A stretch of DNA of 64,000 bases from assembly GCF_009914755.1 (NCBI RefSeq), contig NC_060940.1; one strand, given 5' to 3'. Below, piece after piece: positions 41,671 to 57,109 of the stretch. The notes under the pieces were generated by a model. The model had not been told where the DNA came from. It worked only from the letters and a program-made list of their open reading frames with translations, and did no database searches. The translations under genes were made by a program, and so were the position numbers. The DNA is from the human T2T-CHM13v2.0 reference genome, Homo sapiens. Every line of letters begins with the position of its first letter. Position 1 is the first letter of the stretch.

Positions 41671-44263
41671 CAACAATGTGAAACTCTCCTTTTTTTTTTG
41701 TAATAATCAGAGAAGTTGGGAAGGGGTTCCAATGAGGGAAGCAGTCAGTTATAACAAAGCCTAAAATTTCTTTTTAATATGTCTATCCCAGTGGACCCCA
41801 AACTTACTGGAAAATAGAGCGTTCTTTACTCTAACCTGAAATACTGAATGTGTTGAATTAGGCTGGGTCTGTGATACTCCATTTTAGCAAGCAACTTAGA
41901 TGATTGGGACACAAACAATAAGAAATGTTGTGTGTAATTATGTGACCATGAATATCTATTGGCTGATTATGTATATGATGCTCTGAGCTGAGAAAAAAAA
42001 AAGGAAATTGGGATAGTTGGCAAGCTTTCTTATCACAAAATAACATACACATTTTGCTTTTGTCCTAAATTCAACAAATGTTAGGTAGACACTGCTTATT
42101 GTTTAGTTTGTTATGCCTGAATTTTTGGCTTCCCAGGACTCACATAAAACAGATTTAGTAGATTTTTTAGAATTAGCATGCCATTTTGAATAATATCTTG
42201 GTGACCAGGTGACAAATAGAAATGGTATTAAGATATCAGACATTTTTATCACCCCACCACTTTCCAACAATGTTAACAAAAGGGAATAACAAAGATCAAT
42301 TCTGACCCTGGTTTTGTATCTAAATTTTATCCAAATTTATATCTATTGACTCACCAAGTAATATTCCTCAGTATAAGAGGTGCAATCATTTTGAATTTTT
42401 ATATCAGAAGTAATGTTAACAGAGAGAATGAACATTGAGCATGTCCCCAACAAATTAGAATGCAAAGTGAATTTTCTGTTCTGAATGTATAAAAACCTGT
42501 CAGACCTTTTGTTTGAGGAAAAAAATCAAGTTGTTGGAAAGCTTTAATTTTGTCTGTAAAGCCTGAAACAGAACTAGTTGGACTGAATTCTAAAGGCCTT
42601 TTATTCTTTTATATATGAACAATTATCATCAGCAGTTAAACAAATTATGCTTAATAAAATATTATACAATAAGACTCTAACTTTGAAGCTAACATAATGT
42701 AATTAAATATTATACTGAAATTATTAATAGCTTATGAATTATTTTGAAACCACTAATCCTGTTTTTGTTGTTGTTTCTTTTTTAACTCATTTCTGTAAGA
42801 AACTTCCAAACAGTTAACTTAAATGCTGTTTCCTGGAACTTAAATGATGTCTTCCTTATGGTTTCATTTCTGTTTAAAAACTTACAGGGCAATACACTTT
42901 AGTGATTCCATTTGAAGGTGTATACTAGGAGATTCGGAATTCTAGCTAATACTTATTGAAGTTGGGGAAAAATTTCTTTTTTAAAAATTATATCTGATTA
43001 ATTGAACATTTTACTTTGGGGCATGAATACCAAAGAAAGAATGTCTTGGACCACTTTTCTGTCTTGGAAAGATAGTTATAGAGAATTGACTAACTCCAAG
43101 ATATTCCAGAGTATGCACAGATTCACACGGGCTCTCAGCCTCACCATACAGAGTCCTACCACTTACCCAACCACTAGCCACCTACCCAGGCTTTTGTTTA
43201 TCAGGCTTAGACTCCTCTGTTTTCTAAATACTGAGAATTAATTTTATTTCTTACCAGGAAGATTGCATAGTTTTGATGAAATAATGTTGACTCTTGGAAA
43301 TGAATTTTTGAAACTCTTGGTACACCTCCCCCAAGCAATTATAGCCAGAATTTCATCAGCAGAACTCTCAGATCCCATTAGCAGTAAATGATCTTTTTTG
43401 TAGTTATTTCTCTGGTCGAAGATAATTTGATTATAGTGACTAGAATCCAGCTTAATTGTGTTTACCAATCTGTTTGCTGCAACTGATAAACCAAAGAATA
43501 TAATGCTGACAGAAATATATCAGCACAAGTTATAAGACGCCAAGGTACCATACCCCCAGTCTTAGCTGTTTTCCTTTCCTCTTAATAGAAGAGGAAAATG
43601 CACTAATACAGAGTAAGCCTCAGTTGATCTCTGAACATGTTACAGAGCTTTAGTTCACCACACATCATGCACATCGTATCGGATCACATTCATTGCCACT
43701 TCTTGAGGTGGATTAGTATTTACACATGAATTAGCAATTAGAATTGGAAGGAGAGGAACTGAGCCTGAGACCAGCTTTCTGAGGACTGCTAATAGATAAG
43801 CTTTCCTACAGCTTTCTTAGTCATCCAGAAACGTTGAACAATAGCAAGCATAGCATCTGAGGCTCCCCTCCTCTCCAATTAAAGTTTTGGCCCTTTTAAG
43901 TCTGACTCATTAAGAAAAAATGGCTCAAATTGGCCTGATGCATTTTACATTGGTTATTGTATTGTAACCTGACACAACTGCTGCCAACCATAGGGAAAAA
44001 TGCAAGTCTCAGAAGTTAAGGAGACATTAGTTGATCTGTAATTAATGTCTAAAAATAAATAAGTAAAAATGGAATTCAATAAATGTTCTTACTATGGGGA
44101 AAACGGTAATAATTCAACATACTACCAAACATGAAAAACACTATCCAGATATAAGCTTTAAAATATTTATTCCTTCATATTTGGAATGGAAGAAGAGCCT
44201 AAAATTAAGATTTCAGATTATATTTGAGGCAGTAGAAATTTATGTAGTTATACAGCAACATTT

Positions 44264-44622
<359 letters not shown>

Positions 44623-45679
44623 TAAGTTTTTTTTTTTTTTTAGCCTTTTTACCCAAAACCTGGCACCTGGTTCCAAAGCAGTAATCTTCTTAAAAAAATT
44701 TTCTAGGCTCACAGATCTGGGTGTAAAATGTGGTTCTACTAATTTTTTGTCATATGGCTTGGGCCAAATGTCGTGTGGGTTTTTAATCATTCACGCACAG
44801 GTGTCTATCTTCCTCATATTTTTCATGGCAAGTTAAGCAATATTATGTACCTTATATATTTCCTGGCCCGATTAGACATCATACTGAATTTGTAGGTGAT
44901 TAGCATCATGCCTAACACATACAAGATACCCATACACATTAATTTTTCAATCTTCCTCTGTCCTCCCCTCCTTCTTCCAATTTAACATCCAAAAGTAAGT
45001 CAAAAATTGTTCTATAAATTTGGTTTAGTTTATTTATGGCATTAGTAAATGGAAAATCTTTCATTTTCACTAATAGTTATTTCTCATCTTTCTCCCAAAT
45101 ATTATCTATTCATAGTTGCTGAACGGGTTACTAATCTGTATTTATTGTCATGTAAACAAATATTGATTGTCACAACATATGTTAAAATAAAGTTTTTCAC
45201 TCAGAGATGTAAGTACAGTCATATATTCAGAGGAAGTTTATATTTTCCTGACTGTTAAGATTATCAGATGACTTGTACATCTAGCTAGAGGTGGGCAGCA
45301 AACATGATATTATTTTTTTTAAAAGTCTTGTTTAAGAGATTAATACATAATGAGGATTTATAAACAGCATTTTTTATACCTTGATAAAAATGTATTTATG
45401 GTAACACTGGCATGAATGCTACGGTACCTATCATGAGAATATGATCAATAATTACATGGTCATACGGGATAAGACCCTGTGCTAGATTCTCACAGCCACC
45501 TACCTATGAGTCGGGCATTGCATCAATTTTAAGATGAAAAAACATTTCTGTAAATTTAGTGTATTGATATCACAACTGAAGTAGGTAGAAGAGTTCAGGG
45601 ATAAAAGTCAAGTTTGTCTAATTCCATAGGCTATACCCTTTTGACTGAATCATACTGCCTTCTACTGGTAGAAGAATAT

Positions 45680-45812
45680 CGCTTTACTTAAATCTTAAAG
45701 GAAGGGGGCTGTGTTCTGCTACCATTATATTCCTGCAGCCTAGCATAGTTCCAGACATATATGAAATATCTCCACTATTTTTTGTGTTTCAATGGCTAAC
45801 TAAATGAATGCA
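45680..45812 (+). mobile_element. L2 3' tail
   Basis: tgtgttctgctaccattatattcctgcagcctagcatagttccagacata...aaatgaatg. Confidence 0.6.
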
Positions 45813-47004
45813 CCATTTCATCTCTTGCATTTTGCATAAGGTTATAAGGTCTCGTATGTCTTAAATGATCAATAACTGTGCTCTGAAATTTGAATTATAA
45901 TAAAAATAAGCTATCAATTCAGAACATCAATTGTTAATGTATGTGTAGAAGTCTTATAACAGTACACAAGGAAAAGACAACTGGTCAGATTCTGGTCCAG
46001 TTTTCTGCCCATTGCAGACATGTTCCTCCCTGCCATGTGTCAGATGGAAGTTTCCAGGAAAACCTGGGAAGTACCAGGACAGGGATTATACTGCCTTCTG
46101 GAGCAGAAGTTCATGGTTTCTTTCTATTTGGACTATCTCTTTGGCATATATTTCAATAATTAATAATTATAAGGGCTACTCCAAACTTGCAAAACAGTCT
46201 TTTTTTCCTACTGAGAATCGTATGCAATGATTCTGTTTATATTCATTTTTTCCATTTATCATGTATTTTATTATTACATACCAATAAAATCTTAAGGGCA
46301 GCTCATACTGAAACACTTTTCTCTTTTTGACTGGCTAAACATCTTTAAATTTTTAATAATGTGATGTTTACTAAAAATGTGCCAATGGACCTAAATAGAT
46401 TTGAGTAAAATTGATCTGTAGACAACTGCTAACTTAAAAGCACAGAAAACATTTCCATCACCCACCCTTCTCAGTTTTGAAAGTTTCTAAATCATCACAG
46501 AGTGGATTTGAGAACAGCAAGAATATATTATTTTTAAAAATGTATTCATTTCATGGAAAATTCACAAGACATCTAGCATCTTTATTTACATGTTTTAAAC
46601 TTCAACATTTAATTTTAACTTTCACTGAGTTCTGTTTATGTTACAGAAACTACTTAGTGATAAAAATTTAGGGAAATATAAAATAAAGTTTCTGCTTTCA
46701 AAGATCTCAGTCTGTTTTGACAAATACATATAAGTATATTACAAAAGCATCTGAAAAAGGTTATAATAGTGAGTGCTATACGAAGACTGAGTTATTCACC
46801 CTGGCTATAGGTAATCTTGGAATATTTAATAATAACATTATCAGCATTATGATTTTTTAGATATTTAATTAACTGTTTTATGCTCCTTCATTTTTCATTT
46901 TGTTTCATTTGTCATCTTTTTCCCCTGTCATATATTTTCTCCTGTCTTTTCAAGCTCTTTTTCCTCTAATTCTACTACATTACTTATCCTTTTTAAGCAT
47001 TAAG

Positions 47005-47185
47005 AAAATGATAATAGTTATAGTACATACAGCAAAGTGATGAGAAAAGAACTAGAATGTAAGAATTTGCTACGTATCAGACACGGTGCTAATTCCTTTA
47101 CATGCATTTCTCATTTCAGTCTCAGAATTAGAGATGATTACTGTCTACATCGTTCAGATGAGGAGACAGGCACAGATTGCCACAC
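47005..47185 (-). mobile_element. MIR
   Basis: ctacgtatcagacacggtgctaa...tttacatgcatttctcattt...cagatgaggagacaggcacaga. Confidence 0.7.
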
Positions 47186-47329
47186 GTCACATGTCAGACT
47201 ATGCCTTGCACAGTCCTAGGCAATGTCAAGGTTAAGATGTGCAATAATGTCACCCTGGCCACTCTTCCATTCTCCCTCCCAAGGCAGATATGATCATCAA
47301 CCACAATATATAAAACTGAGTGAAGTGTT

Positions 47330-47580
47330 TTGGCGCAGTCTATGAGACAAAGTTTGCCCAGATGCAGATGCTGGCTCCAAAGCTCACAAAGTGTGGGCCA
47401 TAGGCATTGCCAGGTTAGGCAATTTGCCCTAGGTTCCACATCTGAAAAATGAAGAGTAGTAATAACAACTACTCCGGAGGCTGGTTAAGACGATTAAATT
47501 AAAGGGTTTAATATGTGTAAAACAATTACAGTGTCTGTCACACCATGAACACTTTAGAGTGGTGTGCTAGTAAATGTTTA
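47330..47580 (+). mobile_element. MIR
   Basis: gttccacatctgaaaaatgaagagtagtaata...gattaaattaa...atatgtgtaaaaca. Confidence 0.6.
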
Positions 47581-47819
47581 ACAACTGGCTCTGGGAGAGT
47601 AAGAAGGGGAAGGTCTTTAATTTGGAGTATTTGCTGATTTTTGTTGTGGAAATACTTCTGCCATAGACGGTTTCCAGCTTCCATGCAGCATCACCAAAAA
47701 CGGTGTTGGAAAGAATTGCACAGTAGTATTTGGAACACAGGTTTTTACTATATAGATACGATAGACATTTGAGAGCACAGCTATCATTAAAATGTAATAA
47801 AAGAATTAAAAATAAATTT

Positions 47820-48131
<312 letters not shown>

Positions 48132-49186
48132 TTAAAATTAAGAAACACTTCACCTTCTTTGGTATGATTTAGTTATATATTTATTTAATCACATGCAATA
48201 TAAAATAATTGATATTTTATTTACAAAATTGTTTAATAATTTATATTATTCTTATTTTTCTTTATTTAAAAATAATTTATAATTGTTTATTTTAATTGAA
48301 TTTCATAAAGTTTATTTTTTCTGTGGTGTTGTGTTTAACATTCAGGTCACATAATTCCTAATTATACAACTACTTTCTCTTGCAAGTTTATACAAACAAG
48401 CTCCAAGATACCACTGGTACTATAATATATCAAATTTTATTTTAAACAATAGATACATAAACAAGTGTTGATATAGGTTTAGCAGGGTTCTCAATAGAGC
48501 ACACTCTCTTACCAATGGATCAAAATTTTCAAAGCAGATGAAGACATGATTTTCCAATCCTGGTTTATGGAGTTATTGATGACTCATGTAAGTTATTTAA
48601 CTTAAAATAATTAGCCCTATGAGAGAGATTAAAACATAGTAACAGAAATTAGGTAAATATCACCGAGCTAGTCAGAGATTATATTTGAACCGATATCCCC
48701 TACATCAAAGAGTATGATTGGGATTTTTTTTAACTATTCCAACCTACCTCAAGAAATAAGAACAAGGACAGAAATATATGCTTAGATGCAGGAGCTATTT
48801 TATAAAACCCAAAGTTAGTGCTGCAGTCTGACACAACTAGATAGGAAATAAGCTGTTACCTTTAAAAAATCTGGGCAGCCACAAGCACAATCTAAACTAT
48901 TTAGTGGTTTTAAAATAAAGGTAATTTGGTTGCTCCATTAATTTGCAGCAGAAATACCAAACTATTTTGAAAAGCTGAACAATTAGAGGAGGGGTGAAAG
49001 CTGATAGTCAAGCTACAGTCTCTCCCAAAAATTAATATAATTTTTAAAAAGGAAACAACTTTATATTTCCTTAACTTATTGCATTCCTTTTCTTATCTAC
49101 AAAGTTTCAGACTTAAATAAATTAGTATTGCTCAAAGTTCAGTAAAATAAGCTAAATAAGTTTATTCAACATCTTTGTAAAATATC

Positions 49187-49539
49187 TAATATGGTTTGTC
49201 TGTGTCCCCACCCAAATCTCATCTTTAGCTTTAGCTCCCATAATCCCCACTTGTTATGAGAGAACCCTTTGGGAGCTAATTGAATCATGGGGGTGGGTTT
49301 TTCCTATGCTGTTTTCATGATAGTGAATAAGACTCATGAGATCTGATGGGCAGTTCCCCTGCACATGCTCTCCTGCCTGCCACCATGGAAGATGTGCCTT
49401 TGCTCCTGCTTCGCCTTCCACCTTGATTGTGAGACCTCCTTAGCCACATGGAACTGTGAGTCTATTAAACCTATTTTTCTTTATAAATTATCCAGTCTTG
49501 AGCATATCTTTATTAGCAGCTTGAGAATAGACTGATACA
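49187..49539 (+). mobile_element. MaLR solo LTR, THE1C/D-like
   Basis: taatatggtttg...ccccacccaaatctc...gactgataca; TSD atatc/ataac. Confidence 0.92.
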
Positions 49540-49566
49540 ATAACCTTTTTTGTCCATCCCCATAGA

Positions 49567-49984
49567 GTCACAAGTCAGGTTGCCAGAGAGGCTAGCTCCA
49601 AAATGAGATTTGGTATTCAGGGTGTTATTAAGGCATTAAAGTTGGAATCAACACCAGTGGAAGAGAGGAGACGGTAGTGGGAGTGGGCAGAGGGAGAAGT
49701 CAAGCTCTGATGCACCCAGATTAGCAGCTGGATCCATCCCCAAAGCAAGCTCAAGAGCTAGAATGGCCCTTCAGAGCTGCCTCAGATTGGACCAAGATAG
49801 TCAACTCGTTGTACAAGCTCATTGATCTGTTATGGAATGCAGGACCGGATCAAGCTGATTCTCTGCAGCAAAAGCAATCTGTAAGGGAGTGATAGTGTAA
49901 GATGCTGGCTTATAAAACCCCAAAACAGGGGCCCAGGTTCTTCAGCGAAGGGTATCTGGGTGGCACATCACAGTGTCCACCACA
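49567..49984 (-). mobile_element. ERVL solo LTR, LTR16A-like
   Basis: tgggcagagggagaagtc, gaatggcccttcagag, atctgggtggcacatcacagtgtccaccaca. Confidence 0.75.
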
Positions 49985-51165
49985 CAGCATCCCCTGTCAT
50001 CATAGTTAAAAAACTTTACATTGGCCTTTGGGAGACCCTTTAACCCAACTGTACCTTTCATGGCCTAACTTGTTTTCCACTCTTCCTCCAACAGCGTCCA
50101 TTCCCCATCCTGCTGTTTGTTTTGTTGTCTCCCTGTTTCCCTAGTCTTTTTTCTTCTTTCTGGTCTTCCCTCATCTCGTCTGAGCAAATATTAATCTAAA
50201 GATGTGTACCTGATTTGTCTGGTTCACTGTGATTTCTAAAACATTAGTGTAGAATTGCAGTCTATATTTTCAAGGATATTAGATATGTATACATAAAATC
50301 ACAAATGACAGAAACTGCCTTTTTAAGGTGATTTCATTGACTTAATGATGGTAAAAAAATGGCCATGACATTTCATACAATATTATCAGTAAATATTTAA
50401 ATATGTATGTACATATATATATATATTCAGTATTAATTTTAAGTATACAACTATTGTTGGGTAAGGTTAGATTCTAAGTAATTTTCATGAATAAAAACCC
50501 CACAATGTTGTATACCTTCCTTGCATCATAAGCGTCTTCTAGAACAGTACAAGGCACACAGAAAAAATTAAAACAATTTCCTGTTACATTTATCAAGTTT
50601 CTATTAGGACTATAAAGTGACACACAACTGAGACCCTGTATGTTCACATGAATAGACTCCCATGCAGTAGAAACTCTAGGATGATTTTCTGATTGTTTTC
50701 TTAACAGTCAGTGAACTCAGAAGAGATCACCCACTGGGTCACCTTCTGAGGATTTTAGCAGGAGAGAATATTTCTCAAAGAGAGAGTGTCAAAAGAATTT
50801 CATATATATTAGTGGCGATTTTTTTTTAGAAGAAATAGACTTGTAGTCCTGTGAATTCTGTAATGACAGCATTTGCTCATACTGCTAGTAGGGGATTAAA
50901 TGTCACTTTCCCCTGGGAAGTGTCTTTAGTGTATTTCAGTATGCAGCACATCCCCAACTAGGAAGGTTTTCAGGAGGTGACAGTGCTCTGAAATTTGCTC
51001 ACTCTCTTACACTCCTTTAACACAAACCAAATTCTGACAAAATGTGGAGAAAAGGGAAGAAAAAAGGAAAAGTTTTAACAATTTGTTCAATTCCAGAGTG
51101 TAAAGTATTTACTACCCCCATTATTTTCTTGACAAGCCTGGTATGTGGACAATGCCAGGTACAGT

Positions 51166-51231
51166 TTTTGGTACATTTTTATCATATCAATCATACCAGG
51201 TTTCAAACAGTATGATAAAAATGTACCAAAA
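51166..51231. repeat. Perfect 21-bp inverted repeat with 24-nt spacer
   Basis: ttttggtacatttttatcata (51166-51186) / tatgataaaaatgtaccaaaa (51211-51231). Confidence 0.95.
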
Positions 51232-53324
51232 GATGACTTCTCTTCTAAAAATGGAATATTAAGAAAATGTAAATTAACTAATAATGAAAGAAAATCTCTT
51301 TTTGGCATATTTTAACAATAAGAATTCCCTACCTTTTAAAATATTTTGAAATGTGATTGTCCATATTTATTCTATATGAGTACTTTGCTTTAGGAAAACG
51401 TGTTTACCTTGTCACCAGAGACATTTTTAATATTGCTCATGAGTGTTGGAGTTGAGCAAATATAAAAGATGAATTTCTGAATGGCTGCAATTCTTTTCTA
51501 AATGTATATAAAAATTGTTTTGTGCTTATAACATTATAAGTTTCTTTTTGTGTTTTAAAAGTTTCGAATATTTTCTGAAGAAGCCACTGATATGGAATAG
51601 TCTATGATAAAAACAAAACAAGATAAAAAAGATTAAAATGAAAATAATTCCATAGTCCAATGCTGCAATTTTCAAATGTAATTAAATATGACAAACATGA
51701 ATCTACATTGCAACACTTTTCTCCTCTCTATAGAACCTTAAATTAGTATCCTTAGGAAAACTTGGTTAAGAATAATACATTTTTGTTTAAATATATTATG
51801 CCTAATACATTTTACTTGTCATTTACATTCAAAAGAATTGTTGTGTTGTGGGAGAAATTGTAATTCAGATGATAAATTTTTGGATTTCTTCTTTTTATAG
51901 CACCTAAATTATGCATAGTTCTGTCAATACAATCCATCACATGATGATATGTAAGAAATAATGTTTCAATATACAGCAAAAAATTATGTGTCTGTTCAAT
52001 TTGATTATACAAAGAACTGAAGCTCCTTGGGGGAACATTTTTTAGTATCAGCTCGATAGTTTACCATCTAGTTCTGAATTTGAAATAAGGTTTTATAGAA
52101 ATTAAGAAATAAATAGTTTTGTAGGGTTTTTAAAATCCTAATTCAGTAGATGGTGACAAAGTTGCTTTAAAATGTATGAACTAAACTTGGAGAAAGTCAG
52201 CACCATTAAAATAGAGGAATGATTCATTTTCTCATGGCAAATATATTAAATGCATAAAGAATAAACAAGCTTAATTTGATTACATGTACTACTCTTTGAA
52301 GGAGAACCGCAAAGACGTTTTAAGACGTAAATGCATATTTATTTTTTGCTGACTGGATATTAACCACAAGTTAATGTTTTAAAAGATTTATTTGAGTAAA
52401 GAAAGTTATGCATATTCAATTTTAGTACTATTTTCCTATTTATGCCACAGATTTTAAAACCAACAAATTTGGAGAATCCCAAAAGATAATTTGGAAATAC
52501 ATGTGAGTTTTTATTTGTATGAACAAAATATAAGCAACCTAGAATTTTTCAGTTTTTCTTCAACAGATCTGAAACCCAGCGGTCCTGTAATTCCTTTATT
52601 GAAAGAGCTATTGAGACTGGCATACATTAAGCTCCAGTTGGGTTCTTGTTTACCAATCTACTCTAATTATTTTAAAATAAAGTATAAAAAGGATGTTAAA
52701 TAATTTGCAGAAATTCTGGAAGACCCCGAAAGCCAGGCTTAGAAGGCATTAGGTCAGAAGAAAACAATAACACATCATAAGCAAGGAATTCTGGCAAGGA
52801 ATTAAATTATGAGATTGAACCAAACTTATATAACCTACCCCTAAATACGTTAGTACATATAATAAACACACTTTTGGTTATGATGAATTTCCTTTGCAAA
52901 ACATAGAGGGATGGAGCTATATTTATAGAGAAACAGTGAAAGTTTAATTAGACAAAGATTGCAGGTGCAAGTCATGAGTGTTTTTATATCAGACACATTT
53001 CTGTATATTGGATTTGTGAAGTTAGATATATGATTCTTTATTACAATAAAATTAGCAATAAATATAGTATCTGACAAATCTCATGAAGTTCCAAAATATC
53101 CTCCTCTAAAAACTATAATAGCAATCGTAGTAATTGAAATTACCATTTACTGACAACTTACTATGTACTGTTTGTTCTTAGTTGATTTATGGGCCAATAA
53201 TTTGTATTAGGAAAAAATAGAAAGTGAGAAGGGAGGCTTGAGCTTGGAAGATATATCCAGCTTGAAAACATAATATATTATGTCTGATGGAATGCACAAC
53301 AGTTCATTTCAAATATTTATAACT

Positions 53325-53500
53325 TCAGTGTCAAACCAGACCAGGTTTCAAATCCTGGCTCTAACATTTATTAGCTATTAAACGAAGTTTACTTATTGGA
53401 TTGAGCCCTGGTTTTCACAACTAATAATGGAAACAATACCTCCCTTACTGTGATTTTATACAATTTAATATAAACGCTAAAATGAGTTAACACGATGTTA
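53325..53500 (+). mobile_element. MIR
   Basis: agaccaggtttcaaatcctggctctaacatttattagct. Confidence 0.65.
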
Positions 53501-54103
53501 GGAAGGGCCATCATTAGTATTACACTTAAAGAAGGAGCAATGATTAAGCAGACAAAAGTTTCACATTAACCCAATCAGACCTAGACATGCTTCCCTGTAA
53601 ATCATTATTTGAGTTATGATGATTAAATTAGTATGCATGTCTGGATTCTGATTTTGAAGAATGCTTTCTACCCAGAATAGTTGGGAAAGTCTAACACAAA
53701 TAAAAGACATATGCTGTATAAACGTATGTCAGGATAGATTGGTATATAGCTAACATTTTGATAAAGGAGGCATAACTGGAAAAGCTGGAGGGTTTAAATT
53801 ACCTATCGTTTTTCTGAGTTAGAATGATCATTACTGAGGTGGGAAGATTACTGTTAGTGTAGAGATAGATGAATATACTGATATTTGGGAGATACTACTT
53901 GGTTTTGCTCAAGTCACACAACCAATACATGAAAAAAAAACACAATTATTGGCTTGAACTCTAGTTTCTATTATTTCAGCATCCATATTCTTTACTATCA
54001 GTGGAGGCATTTTCAAACTGTGTTGGTTGGACTGCTTAAGGATATGCTGTAGGGAGTAAGGTAAGGTCCTGATGAACAATGTGTTGCATGTACATCAAAG
54101 TTA

Positions 54104-54360
54104 TGTCCTAGGCTGGGATCCCCTAGAATTGGATTGTGAGACAAGGATGAAAATGCAAATCATTTGTTAATTTATTTGCAAGATGTTTCCAGGAGCACTT
54201 GTAGGGAAATGGTGAAGTAAGGGAAATGAAGAAAACTAATAGAATGCTTGTAAGCGAGTGGCTTACCACTGTTGACAATGGCCTCATTTCAGCAGGAGAA
54301 CTCTACAAAACAACATGAAACACACCTCAGAATTCTACCACTCAAGGATTGAAGGGTATC
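54104..54360 (-). mobile_element. ERVL LTR fragment (LTR67B/LTR16-like)
   Basis: tgtcctaggctgggatcccc...gagacaagga...ttaccactgttgacaa...acacacctcagaatt. Confidence 0.55.
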
Positions 54361-54862
54361 TGCTAGAGCTTCAATGGAGGACTTGTTCTTTATTCATACT
54401 GATGAAAATTAAAAGACCTATTTCTAAAAATATGCCTGGAAAACTTACTGAAATAACTATTATTTGCATAGGATATACATGCACTAGATACTTAATGTTG
54501 GCCAATTTAATAAGTTAACCGAATTATAATCAATAGAATCTAACCACCAGGCTGTCCTGTTAGTTGGCCATTGCTCTGCTATGTGGAGCTTGGTTCTGAT
54601 TTCAGGGCTCTAGCCTTTGGCCTCTTTTATGACTCTTCACTCTGTCAACAATTGGCTTTAATTTTTGGCTCTGTCTCATCCTGTCATCCTAATACTTGCT
54701 ACAACAATATTCTGGGGACATTGGGTGAAATTGAAAGGAATAAACTTGCTGGATTAGGGAGTGAGGTAGAGGACAGACTCCTGAAATGCATGATATTCTA
54801 TAACAAGAATGTTCTCATACTGGACTGTAACCTCAAGGGAAGCGTGTTAGAGTAATAAGTGG

Positions 54863-54910
54863 TGTGTGCATGTGTGTGTGTGTGTGTGTGTGTGTGCGCG
54901 TGTGTGTGTG
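54863..54910 (+). repeat. (TG)n microsatellite
   Basis: Read directly. Confidence 0.95.
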
Positions 54911-55359
54911 ATGTCTATAAGCCCTTCTTTTAACATCTTACTCTGCCCCTCTGGCACCAGATTGCCCCATTTTCCCAAATATCATATTCTCAAAAAGTGA
55001 TAGGCAAAAATTAGGTAATTAATCTTTCAGAAAACAGATAAACTGTGGCATGGCCATAGGGAGGAAGTTGGGGAGACAGGTTGATTTGAGAACAATGCAT
55101 CTTTCTACCAGTTCTTACCACTTACCTACATTTGAGCATGTGAGTGATTTGGGGTGGGGGGTGTGGGGTGATGGTTAATTGAAAGCATTCTTGTCAGTGG
55201 GATTTTGGTACTAAGGATATTTTAGATCCTTGTACTTCCTAGCTGTTTTTAACTTGGATAAATCATTTAACACCTCTGAATTTATTCATAGTACTTGTTA
55301 ATAATATCTAGTTTGAACATTTATCCAAAATTTTGGCATCTTTTTTCCAAATATCTTCC

Positions 55360-55962
55360 CAGTTCCTGTTACTATAATCTGTTACCTGAACTATGTAATA
55401 AACATTTGTCATTCTGCCTACTCCCTAGCACCATGGTGGGGAACTGCCAGAGTAATTTAAAAATATATTAGTGACATCATATAATTCTTCTGCACATCTC
55501 AGAACAGAATCAAGACTCCCATCCATAGCCTACAGGGTCCCGCCTGTTCTAGTGAAGGGTGGGCATTCTGACCTCATCTCCATAGGCTTGCTTCACAGCC
55601 CCAGTCACATTACTTTCCTGATCTTTCCATTAACATGCCAAACACAATCCCATCTCAGAGTGTCTTTAAGCTTTTTTTTTTTTCTTCTTCCTGGAACACT
55701 CCTCTCCAGATATCTGTAAGGGGCATACCCTACTTCATTCAGGTCTCTGCTCAGATGTCACCTGATCATAGAGAACTTCAGGACTAACTTATTGAAAAGA
55801 ACACCCATCACTTTTTATACGTTTACTATGCTTTATTTTTCTTTATATCATTTACTTATTTTCTAGTGTTTTGTCGAATTTCTTTCCACACAAAAAAATT
55901 AAAATGTATGAGTGTGGAACATGTTTCTTGTTTTCTGCTACATTTTGCTTATTGAATGAATA
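55360..55962 (+). mobile_element. L2a-like 3' portion
   Basis: cctggaacactcctctccagatatctg, cttcattcaggtctctgctcagatgtcacct, ttgaatgaat tail. Confidence 0.8.
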
Positions 55963-56077
55963 GAATTTATGTGTGTATGTGAGGATTAAACAGAATAATC
56001 ATGTAAAAATACTACCACGGTGACTGTTGCTAAATTTAAATTATACCTGTTATTTTGTCTATTGGTTTGTTTAAAGC

Positions 56078-56298
56078 AGGGTTCAGCGCTACATTCCATG
56101 GGCAATAGCTGGCACCTTCCTTGATTTTATAGATAATGTCATTGAAATACAACCACACCTATTTTTTAATGTAGTGTCTATGACTGCTTTCCTATTACAA
56201 TGGCAGAATTGAATCATTATGAGGGATTATATAGCCTGCAAAGACTAAAATATTTACTATCTGGCCATCATATAAAAAAACTTGCTTTTTTATCTGGC
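56078..56298 (+). mobile_element. MER58A-like hAT MITE
   Basis: gtctatgactgctttc...acaatggcagaattga...gcaaagactaaaatatttactatctggcc. Confidence 0.85.
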
Positions 56299-57109
56299 AT
56301 GAATGAAATACATAAATGGACTGGCTGAATGAAAAGAGTGAATGAATAAATCTCACACATATATGGATGATGATTACAGCAATTTGTACCGTCCCCCATT
56401 TGACAATTTGGTATTGGATTCTAAGTGAGCCAACTTCCCAATTTTAACAAAATGTGAGGGGCTATCTCTTGTATACCAAAAAATGAGATGCTTAAACTAG
56501 TTGAATGCTGAGGCCCAGAAGCTGAAGATTTGCCAAAGGTCACCCAGCAGGTCAGGTGAAAAACTGAGGCAAGCTTTAAATCTCTTCATATTTGACCCAT
56601 TTCTTTCTCAATTACATATCTAGGTATCACTGACAAAAATTAAACCACTTCAGCACTTTTCTTAGAAGTTGATTAAAGCCTACTTTGCTGTTATTGTCAA
56701 TTGTTCTTGGCAATTCTCTCCTCAGTTAGTAAAATGGATATTTTAAAGAGAAGTTTAATTCTTAAATGCTATCTTTGATGAAATAAAAATTGTGCTTTCA
56801 TAGCTGAGTTCTTGTAAATGAGGATGATATTTTTGTGTCTTCCTGAGATAGTCTACCCACTGGAAAGGATCCCCTGCCCTCTCTCAGGTTAGGCTGATGT
56901 TTGAGTAATTTTTGTTCCTCCTAGGCAAAATAATGCAGATGTTTGTTCTTGTCTAGCATGATGAAGAAAAATCAGTGTCACTATATAAGTGAAATATGTT
57001 TAATTTAAAAAGGAGTATTTGGAGAGGGATCAGGAAGCTGGCTTCCACTTCTGCATCATCTATAGTAATTTTGAACAGCTATTTTTTTAAAAAAAAATAA
57101 AATCACCAT

